Of a stretch of 64,000 nucleotides of DNA, positions 1 to 6,715 are shown piece after piece. The notes below the pieces were generated by a model. The model saw only the letters and a list, made by a program, of their open reading frames with translations. It was not told the DNA's origin and searched no databases. Numbering within the stretch: the first letter of the stretch is position 1; each line of letters begins with the position of its first letter. Source of the stretch: a virus. The stretch covers positions 1 to 64,000 of IMG/VR virus record IMGVR_UViG_3300030106_005394. One strand, 5' to 3'. A program made the translations under genes and the position numbers.

Positions 1-22
1 GTAGGTTTTGATGCTACTGCTG

Positions 23-667
23 TCATTTAGTCCTCAAGCTGAATGTTCTAGCTCCAAGTTTCTCTTCCAGAAGTGCTTGCTGTTCTGGCGTCAGATGACT
101 GGACGGCCCTGCAGGAACCTGACCAACCATATTCATATGAGGCTTAGGAACATAAGTTTTCTTAGGCGCAATACCTAGATCAGCTAGGAAAGCACGAAGC
201 TTCTGTCTATGCTTATCGGGTATAGCATCTAAGGAAAACTCAAACGACTCCTTGGTGATGTAGCACTTATCTACATTGTTCCCCATAATGGCAACAAGTG
301 TGCCAGCACGAGGATTAGGAGAGCCATCAGGCTTAGCCAAAGGTATTGACTTGACCGAACCTGTGGCAACGAACTTGATCTCCGTACCTGTATCATCACA
401 CACAGGTATTGAGGTCTTCAGCTTTGTGGCGCCAATATTTTGACGCATCCAATCAGGCTTAGCCTGACCTATGATACTGTCCTTGAGTCGATCAGCCTCA
501 GTCTTGAGGTCTTTGATCTCTCCTTGGACTTGTACATAACGAGAGCACTTATCGCCCTCAACGAAGACAGCCCCAATCGGGGCCGCCTCCACGGATATCT
601 CCACACCCGACTCACCTGATAGTGCGTCAAGGTCGAAGAATGTTTCTTCTTCTATTGGTAGTTGCAT
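23..667 (-). CDS. Hypothetical early protein
   Basis: 214 aa ORF whose start overlaps the upstream stop; short coiled coil; no recognised motif. Confidence 0.75.
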   Translation of the reverse strand: MQLPIEEETFFDLDALSGESGVEISVEAAPIGAVFVEGDKCSRYVQVQGEIKDLKTEADRLKDSIIGQAKPDWMRQNIGATKLKTSIPVCDDTGTEIKFVATGSVKSIPLAKPDGSPNPRAGTLVAIMGNNVDKCYITKESFEFSLDAIPDKHRQKLRAFLADLGIAPKKTYVPKPHMNMVGQVPAGPSSHLTPEQQALLEEKLGARTFSLRTK

Positions 668-1008
668 TATGCTTTGAACGCCTCCTTGTATGCGGTTGTT
701 AGTGTTTCTTCGCTGTTACCCTCAACACCCTTAACACGGGCGACAGGCAACGGCTTGCCATTATTATCCCTTACCCCCTTGAACACAAGGAGGGTGGGCA
801 CTTCCTTAACGCTGTGCGTGGCTGTAAAGTGGTCAGCCATCACATCCTCATGGTCAATGGGGAGGACATGAAGGCGATCACTGTCACCAGCCAGCTTACG
901 TATTACCTTTTCAGCGATACGGCATGGGCCACACTGATCCCACGTCATCAAGACGTAAGTCACTAGGCCTTTACTGATCCTTGCTTTTGCTTCTCTCAAC
1001 TCAAACAT
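667..1008 (-). CDS. Thioredoxin-family protein
   Basis: WDQCGPC active-site motif and cis-Pro motif VPTLLVFK. Confidence 0.85.
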   Translation of the reverse strand: MFELREAKARISKGLVTYVLMTWDQCGPCRIAEKVIRKLAGDSDRLHVLPIDHEDVMADHFTATHSVKEVPTLLVFKGVRDNNGKPLPVARVKGVEGNSEETLTTAYKEAFKA

Positions 1009-1384
1009 TATTAAGGTGGGCTGAGAGTGGATTGAGATTCACATTCGACTTGCGAACATGAGGCGGTGTGGTGTCTACCTCACGCTGTATAGCACGAAGC
1101 TCACCATCCGTAGGGATGTTGTCGCCACGGTAGCGTTTGCGGTAGATCTTGAGGGCTTCACCCTGCAAGGTGCGCCAGCCAACCTTTGGTAGATTGACGT
1201 ACCCTGTTACTTCGTGGGGGAAGAAGGTGGATACCCCACTGGAGCCGTCGAATACATCAACGACCTCTCGGCCGTTGAGCTTGTACACTTTGGACTGATC
1301 GAACAGTCCATAGCGTTGAGTCGCACCGATTCTTGCCATGCGGCGTACGCCAGTGCTGAAGCGTACTAGTTGAGCTTTACTCAT
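1001..1384 (-). CDS. Hypothetical early protein
   Basis: 127 aa ORF, AT-rich leader, overlaps the next gene. Confidence 0.7.
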   Translation of the reverse strand: MSKAQLVRFSTGVRRMARIGATQRYGLFDQSKVYKLNGREVVDVFDGSSGVSTFFPHEVTGYVNLPKVGWRTLQGEALKIYRKRYRGDNIPTDGELRAIQREVDTTPPHVRKSNVNLNPLSAHLNNV

Positions 1385-1396
1385 TTTATTATGTAT

Positions 1397-1939
1397 TTAT
1401 TTGGTTAGTTTGAGGGGTTCATCCTTGGTGATGGTTCCCTCCTGTTTTAGTGGATTCCACCAAGAAGGAGCAGGCGTTCCCCGCTCCCATTTGGCGAACT
1501 CTTTACTGTGGTAGTATGCCCTGTAGGCATCCACAGGATTGTCTTTTTTGTACTCCTCAGGCATAGCCTGTACTACAGGTCCATACACCTCAGAAGTAAT
1601 GTAATGATCCATGTCAGCCATCTGATCCAGTCCAGCGGCACAGAAGTGCTGATGCCCGTATCTCTCTTCGAACTCGTAACACAACTCCACAGCCAGTACA
1701 CCCAGCCAATTGAAGTTACCCTTATTGTTACCAGCCCATATGGTGCATGGGTGACGGTGATAGCCCCCACGAGCAGGATGGCCACTCTTCGTCAAAGGAA
1801 GTAGGTCAGGTTCTACTCCATGTCTGATGAGTGACGATACCTGCATCTGGAAACTTTCGACGATCATCTTCGGTACATGCTTATCACAATGTGCATGCGC
1901 CGAAGCGATCGGACATTGATCAAGATAGAAGATATTCAT
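1397..1939 (-). CDS. denV: Pyrimidine dimer DNA glycosylase / endonuclease V family protein
   Basis: MNIFYLD...HCDKHVPKMIVE..Q, HPCTIW, QAMP..Y, AYRAYY motifs. Confidence 0.8.
   Translation of the reverse strand: MNIFYLDQCPIASAHAHCDKHVPKMIVESFQMQVSSLIRHGVEPDLLPLTKSGHPARGGYHRHPCTIWAGNNKGNFNWLGVLAVELCYEFEERYGHQHFCAAGLDQMADMDHYITSEVYGPVVQAMPEEYKKDNPVDAYRAYYHSKEFAKWERGTPAPSWWNPLKQEGTITKDEPLKLTK
1422..1443 (-). promoter_or_regulatory. Conserved early motif, copy 1 (AGGAGGGAACC-N5-CAAGGA)
   Basis: 17 invariant positions shared with copies at 3660, 4562 and 4674; 38 nt before the ATG at 1384. Confidence 0.8.
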
Positions 1940-2418
1940 GCCAGCCTTTTGATGCTACTCAATAGATCATGATATGGCTTCATGTCGTACGCGTAGACCT
2001 CATCTGGGTCATGGGTTATGAAACCCACGTTGTCGTCCTCTATCTCGACACTGAGCCGAGTGATAACCACACGAAATGGCAATCGCTCCATCCTGCCTGT
2101 AACGGCTGGAGGCTCGTCTATACCCTTGACGAACTTACCTCGTGCAATCATGCACTCTGTTATGTCGTCAATCCTCCATGGGAGGTCGATCGTATCGACA
2201 TTGGGCGATGGATTCGTAACGCGAACCGCATTATCGGCTCGACACTGAGGTTGGTATGCGTGCGTGCCATCACACACAAATGCACCCAGCAGGTTGATGC
2301 TACCCATCAACTGCCACTTTATGCCATCATCCTCTATGTAACAGGAGACAGTAAGCGGGATGTGATACCCATCCAGCTCGGTCGCCTTTCTTTGGAATAG
2401 TATGCGATCTTCAGCCAT
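1936..2418 (-). CDS. Hypothetical early protein
   Basis: 160 aa ORF overlapping both neighbours. Confidence 0.7.
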   Translation of the reverse strand: MAEDRILFQRKATELDGYHIPLTVSCYIEDDGIKWQLMGSINLLGAFVCDGTHAYQPQCRADNAVRVTNPSPNVDTIDLPWRIDDITECMIARGKFVKGIDEPPAVTGRMERLPFRVVITRLSVEIEDDNVGFITHDPDEVYAYDMKPYHDLLSSIKRLA

Positions 2419-2623
2419 TATTATTCATCCTTTCTACTTCCTTCAGAGCTGCATCGACGCTCTTGTGTGGATTATTCATGCGCTGACCTCGACGAATGAA
2501 CGTCAAGGCATCCTCCGCCTGTTGGCGGTCATTTCTTGACGCCGCCAATATGCACAGAATGGTGATGGCCATAGCTACCACCAATATGCACATCAGTATT
2601 ATGATCGATTGTGGTACATACAT
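2411..2623 (-). CDS. Small membrane protein
   Basis: N-terminal hydrophobic helix; GGAG 9 nt upstream of ATG. Confidence 0.7.
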   Translation of the reverse strand: MYVPQSIIILMCILVVAMAITILCILAASRNDRQQAEDALTFIRRGQRMNNPHKSVDAALKEVERMNNNG

Positions 2624-2636
2624 ATTATGTATCTCC

Positions 2637-2735
2637 TGCAGGACTTAGTTGATTGAGCATACCCTGCCTGCACGGATATGCTTGGTTTTTAAGAAAGGCA
2701 GCCTATCTATCTTTATTCTGCGGATAGGCACGCAG
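2637..2735 (-). ncRNA. Two tandem H-type pseudoknots in an intergenic leader
   Basis: PK1 2701-2735: CUGCG/CGCAG plus GCCUAUC/GAUAGGC; PK2 2637-2682: AGCAUAUCC/GGGUAUGCU plus UGCAGG/CCUGCA. Confidence 0.6.
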
Positions 2736-2748
2736 GTTTAAGTTTACC

Positions 2749-2955
2749 TCACTCTGCATCATGTGTGCAGAAGTCCTCTATAGACGCACCCTCAGGCAAG
2801 ATTGAGTCTATGTACTGAAGCAGGTTCTCTCCTACTTCGTGACTCACAGGCCCTAGCCTGTATGTTAGCAAGTCTTTGGGGCTTCCATACCCAAAGCCCA
2901 CGACTATGTGGCAATCGTCCTCGACTGCCTCTCCACTTATGGGGCAAGTCCTCAT
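2749..2955 (-). CDS. Hypothetical small protein
   Basis: 68 aa, N-terminal CPISG, FGYGS motif, coupled to the upstream stop. Confidence 0.7.
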   Translation of the reverse strand: MRTCPISGEAVEDDCHIVVGFGYGSPKDLLTYRLGPVSHEVGENLLQYIDSILPEGASIEDFCTHDAE

Positions 2956-3275
2956 TACTCAAACTCTGGGTGAGTTACCTCATCCCTTTGTGAAGGTAAG
3001 GTGGTCAGCGGATTTTCATTCCATGAGTAGTTTAAGGGGCAATCCAATGCCCCAGAACCAAATATACTATGGTTCTCACGGAACTCCTGTTGTCTCTTTA
3101 TCTCATCCTGTCTTTTAACAAGATGAGACACGGGCTTCCCCGCCTCAACAGCAGGGAAGAGCTTTGATTGGTTCGCCATAAGCTGACGAACTCTGGCGGG
3201 TGAAAGATGCTCAGTCATGACGTGCGCCTCCTCTTCTTTCAGCCCAGAAGGCCATTGTTTGACCAATACGGTCAA
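2955..3275 (-). CDS. Hypothetical protein (true start may be near 3218)
   Basis: ORF in the early operon with overlapping stop/start. Confidence 0.55.
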   Translation of the reverse strand: MTVLVKQWPSGLKEEEAHVMTEHLSPARVRQLMANQSKLFPAVEAGKPVSHLVKRQDEIKRQQEFRENHSIFGSGALDCPLNYSWNENPLTTLPSQRDEVTHPEFE

Positions 3276-3660
3276 TCAAGCTATTTAGCTTCTGCTCCAA
3301 CTTCGTGTCTGGCATCGTGCTTGCCCTAGCCACCGTCAGCATATCATGGATATGCATAAGCTTTGGCATGGGCCTCTGCTTATTTTCATTGTAGCTATAG
3401 AAGCTACTAACTGCTTTTAGCATAGGAGCAATCACCTCAGGGTTCGATGTGGACGTTATTATGTCCATCACCGAGCAATCGAAGTCCTCCAACCTTATTG
3501 GCCGTGGACGCTTTCCAGCCTCAGCCGCCTTCTTAAAGAAGGAGTCTATTGAGTTGTGTAACTCCCCGAATACTTCGGAGAGTTCCTGTTGTTGCTCATC
3601 ACTGAGCTTGATTCTCGTGCGGTCACCATCGGCTCCGCTGTATGATATTTCGGTCATCAT
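3211..3660 (-). CDS. Hypothetical early protein (start likely ATG 3660/3657 rather than GTG 3747)
   Basis: Open frame; the upstream extension is occupied by the regulatory motif. Confidence 0.65.
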   Translation of the reverse strand: MMTEISYSGADGDRTRIKLSDEQQQELSEVFGELHNSIDSFFKKAAEAGKRPRPIRLEDFDCSVMDIITSTSNPEVIAPMLKAVSSFYSYNENKQRPMPKLMHIHDMLTVARASTMPDTKLEQKLNSLIDRIGQTMAFWAERRGGARHD

Positions 3661-3681
3661 CCTTGGAAATGGTTCCCTCCT
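3660..3681 (-). promoter_or_regulatory. Conserved early motif, copy 2
   Basis: AGGAGGGAACC-ATTTC-CAAGGA abutting ATG 3660, downstream of the terminator at 3882-3910. Confidence 0.8.
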
Positions 3682-3881
3682 ATTTTCCGTAACTCGGCTA
3701 TGAAAATGAAGCCCTGCTGGGATACGTATCTCCAACAGTACAACCACCTAGTACACCTATACAGGAACACCCTACACATACATAACACACCACAGACTCC
3801 TACTCCTCCATCTCGACACTCATCCGAAGGATGAGCCCAAGGGGCGACCTGCTGGATCGCCAACCTGCTGGATACGGGCAC

Positions 3882-3910
3882 AAAAAAAGGCCGATCCCGA
3901 AGGATCGACC
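3882..3910 (-). terminator. Rho-independent terminator
   Basis: GGUCGAUCC-UUCG-GGAUCGGCC followed by U7, just after the stop at 3928. Confidence 0.9.
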
Positions 3911-3927
3911 TCTTTAAGTAGAGTCGC

Positions 3928-4674
3928 CTATTCCTCGGAGGGAATAGGTAATTCCAATTGAGCAACTTTAGCACGACTAGCGAATAGCTCACGCTCAAGC
4001 TTGCGGATTTTTTCCGCTTGCTCTTTTTTCGTGAGGGTCTTTTCGCCATAGCTTAGGCCTACACCGCCGTTGTCAGCGTTGAAGGTTGCGTTCTTCAGCT
4101 CAAACCTAGCTCCATCCTTTTCAGCTTGTCGAACTCGGCAAGCCTCAGCGATTAAGACCGCGGAAACGCTGATCTTCTTCGCAACCTTCTTACGTGCAAG
4201 GTTTCCAGCACGTAAGGCAGCTTTGTTCTTTTCGGATGTATCCGAGAATTCACCTAGTGAGGTATCAGTTCCCGTGTCCGCTTTTGAAAAGCGGTTGCCG
4301 TTTAGACCAGATACGATTTGATCGGCAACCGTACCCACACCAGCGATATGCTCACCTTTATGGTTTGTCGATCCATTGCGTATTCCATCTACTCGAGCAT
4401 CGTTTAACTTATCGGCAACTGATATAATATCGTTACCAATAACGGTTTTAGCAAGCTCGAGCATGCGTTCTGTTTTTAGTTCTTCTTTTGCAGTCACCGT
4501 AGGCTCTGCGTTATTGTTCTGTTCAGTCATGTGACTAGTGGAAAAGTCTTGTGTCTTGTTGTCCTTGTGAGGGGTTCCCTCCTGATCTTGTGAGTTAATC
4601 CTGTTTGCATCTTGCATGGTCTGTGTCCTTGGGTTTGGGTTTGGTTTGGATCGGGCAAGGGTTGCCGTCCTCAT
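3928..4674 (-). CDS. Hypothetical first early protein (start probably ATG 4530)
   Basis: Long ORF with C-terminal coiled coil, closed by a terminator; the N-terminal 48 codons overlap regulatory motifs. Confidence 0.75.
   Translation of the reverse strand: MRTATLARSKPNPNPRTQTMQDANRINSQDQEGTPHKDNKTQDFSTSHMTEQNNNAEPTVTAKEELKTERMLELAKTVIGNDIISVADKLNDARVDGIRNGSTNHKGEHIAGVGTVADQIVSGLNGNRFSKADTGTDTSLGEFSDTSEKNKAALRAGNLARKKVAKKISVSAVLIAEACRVRQAEKDGARFELKNATFNADNGGVGLSYGEKTLTKKEQAEKIRKLERELFASRAKVAQLELPIPSEE
4562..4583 (-). promoter_or_regulatory. Conserved early motif, copy 3
   Basis: AGGAGGGAACC-CCTCA-CAAGGA, 32 nt before ATG 4530. Confidence 0.8.
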
Positions 4675-4695
4675 CCTTGTAATCGGTTCCCTCCT
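4674..4695 (-). promoter_or_regulatory. Conserved early motif, copy 4
   Basis: AGGAGGGAACC-GATTA-CAAGGA. Confidence 0.8.
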
Positions 4696-4941
4696 ACTGT
4701 ATCGCTAGGTATATCGTGCCGATGTACACAATACCCATTGTGTAAGGGGGGTGGGGAGGGGGGAACGCCATAACGCGTCGCCGTATTAATATAACCCCTT
4801 TCGGAAGTTTCCAGAAATCTGAAACTCACCCAAACACGCCCCAGAATGGGCGTAAACAGCCCCACAAGCCCCTTTAGGGGCTAAAGGCATACATAGATAC
4901 CAGAAAACAGCCCAAGAGGCTCCTACGGGCGCATATATAAG

Positions 4942-4969
4942 TTGACAAATCGGCTGACGGGTAGAAAAT
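4942..4969 (+). promoter_or_regulatory. Putative sigma70 promoter
   Basis: TTGACA-N16-GAAAAT directly before ATG 4976. Confidence 0.5.
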
Positions 4970-4975
4970 ACAACA

Positions 4976-5713
4976 ATGCATGAGAATATAGGCCCCGTAG
5001 ACGTACAAGTACCCCAAGCAACTTACTTGAGTAGATTGCCTGACGGATCAATTGCACAGGAGACGCTGATGCTAGATACGACAGGGCCACTAGAGGATCA
5101 GATACAGCGTGAAGTATCTATGAATCCACAGCTTTATGACAATACTGTGTTTGAGTTACCTAATGGATTGCTACATATGCAGGATGGTCAAGGCGTCTTG
5201 ATGGATGGAAATATGCTGGATGCTATGGCGAATCCGTCGATAATGGCAATGTTGGGACAGCCTACGAGTCTTCCTGTTCAGGCTGTGATGCCTCAAGAAG
5301 AGCTTCCTGCTGATTTTGATAGTGCTCCTATGGTAGATATGCCAGTAATGCCTGAGATGATGGCTCCTGAGGCTCCTGCAATGGGCGGTGAGTCGGGAGT
5401 CAGTAGCTTATATCAGGCACAAAGAATGGGGCCAGATTCAGAAGCTGAGTTTTTGATGCGTTATGGCTCTATGGGGCCGAAGACGGGTATGGTGTCTGAT
5501 TTTGATCCAGAAGGCTCTGGTTATGATTATGCATCTGCTGAGGCTTTTGGAATGGAGCCAGATGCTGATGGACATTTCTACAGTAGAGTACCACAGACAG
5601 GTTTACTGCTAAAAGGTGCTGGTCATCCTACGTTTGATAAGACTTTATCCGCTGAAGCAGCAGTAGGTAATACTGTTACTCAGGGGCCAGACGGCAGATA
5701 CTACTCTAATTAA
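4976..5713 (+). CDS. Hypothetical protein (Met/Pro-rich linker, globular-looking C-terminal domain)
   Basis: 245 aa ORF with its own promoter. Confidence 0.8.
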   Translation: MHENIGPVDVQVPQATYLSRLPDGSIAQETLMLDTTGPLEDQIQREVSMNPQLYDNTVFELPNGLLHMQDGQGVLMDGNMLDAMANPSIMAMLGQPTSLPVQAVMPQEELPADFDSAPMVDMPVMPEMMAPEAPAMGGESGVSSLYQAQRMGPDSEAEFLMRYGSMGPKTGMVSDFDPEGSGYDYASAEAFGMEPDADGHFYSRVPQTGLLLKGAGHPTFDKTLSAEAAVGNTVTQGPDGRYYSN

Positions 5714-5732
5714 AAGGGCTAAAAAAAGAGCC

Positions 5733-5765
5733 AAAAAAAGGGCCACCCTTTTGAGGTGACCCTTT
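5733..5765 (-). terminator. Rho-independent terminator (possibly bidirectional)
   Basis: GGGUCACC-N7-GGUGGCCC plus U7; the G-U pair works only on the minus-strand RNA. Confidence 0.8.
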
Positions 5766-5878
5766 GCGAGACAGGTTCTCCGCCAGTCAGAAACGGATTA
5801 TCCCTTGTGGAGGTAACACGGGAAAGAAGCTATCCGAAAACCCTCCAATCTCTATGATTACTGAATACCAAACTGTAT
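5733..5878 (-). ncRNA. Candidate structured small RNA (about 140 nt)
   Basis: Bounded by TTGACA-N16-TACGGT and a terminator; no ATG-initiated ORF; nested stems. Confidence 0.55.
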
Positions 5879-5881
5879 CCA

Positions 5882-5909
5882 ACCGTATGGGTGATAGTTT
5901 GACTGTCAA
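5882..5909 (-). promoter_or_regulatory. Putative sigma70 promoter for the ncRNA
   Basis: TTGACA-N16-TACGGT. Confidence 0.55.
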
Positions 5910-5957
5910 GTGGTTTTAGAAAAAAAAACTTATGCTACGCATTGGTTTTATATATGT

Positions 5958-5985
5958 TTGACAGGGGCTGGGTCGAGAATAGGAT
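5958..5985 (+). promoter_or_regulatory. Putative sigma70 promoter
   Basis: TTGACA-N16-TAGGAT, back to back with the minus-strand promoter. Confidence 0.7.
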
Positions 5986-6053
5986 ATAAACGCATGACAC
6001 TTCTTTCTATATTTACCAAGCCGTTCCAATCACATCACGAATTACATAAGCTC

Positions 6054-6710
6054 ATGTCGATGGGCTTTCTGCCTTTTCTGGCTCCTTTGGTGGGGGCTAT
6101 AGGTAGCGGACTGGGAGCTGCGGCTGGTGGCCTTGGGAGTGCGCTTGGCGGGCTAGGAGGAGCTGCTGGTGGACTAATGAAAGCTGGCGGTGGATTATTG
6201 GGTAAGGGACTTGGGGGAATAGGTAAGACTCTATTTGGTGGTGGACTAAAGAGCGGAAGCTCAGGTTTATTTGGAAGTTTACTTAAAGGAGGAAAGCAGT
6301 TGTATGGTGGGCTTGACACCATGTCAGGTGGACTTCTACCCGGCGGGCAGTCTCCTTTTCAACAGGGTGGACTCTTTGGTGCCTTCAGTAAATCTCCTAC
6401 TGTTGCCGATACTAGACCTTTTGTGTCTCCGTCAAAACCAAACATAGGTAATATGGGTGTTGATTTTTATGGCAAAGAGATGGTTGGTTCTCCAGTGCCT
6501 AGGCAAAATAATATTTCAGGTCTACTAGGTGGACCACTTGGAAAGGCATCTATGAATACTGCCTTGGATGTACTTAAACAAAGATATAGACCTCAGCCAG
6601 CTCCTCCCCCTAGCTCGTATGACCCTAGGAGGGTTGGTTATAGCTCCGCACCTCCAGCGGCTGGACCCGAAAGTGGTCGAGGTGCACTATTTAATAACTT
6701 CTCAGCATAA
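6054..6710 (+). CDS. Glycine-rich putative virion/ejection (pilot-like) protein; start 5994, 6054 or 6060
   Basis: GFLPFLAPLVGAIGSGLG...GG-rich amphipathic N-terminus; the ORF-track start 5910 lies upstream of the promoter. Confidence 0.65.
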   Translation: MSMGFLPFLAPLVGAIGSGLGAAAGGLGSALGGLGGAAGGLMKAGGGLLGKGLGGIGKTLFGGGLKSGSSGLFGSLLKGGKQLYGGLDTMSGGLLPGGQSPFQQGGLFGAFSKSPTVADTRPFVSPSKPNIGNMGVDFYGKEMVGSPVPRQNNISGLLGGPLGKASMNTALDVLKQRYRPQPAPPPSSYDPRRVGYSSAPPAAGPESGRGALFNNFSA

Positions 6711-6715
6711 ATAAA

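Noticed and set aside
2713-2751. UGA readthrough stimulated by PK1
   Set aside because: Readthrough would add only 11 codons before a UAA, and there is no slippery heptamer.
1422-4695. Early motif as an ECF-sigma promoter (GGAACC), a Shine-Dalgarno site, or CRISPR repeats
   Set aside because: No conserved -10 element 16-17 nt downstream; AGGAGG is 15 nt or more from any ATG; spacing between copies is irregular (112 to 2238 nt) and no cas genes are present.
5790-5860. SAM-I riboswitch-like start (AUCAUAGAGAUUGGAGGG) in the ncRNA candidate
   Set aside because: The GCAAC and GGUGC core elements and a downstream regulated gene are missing.
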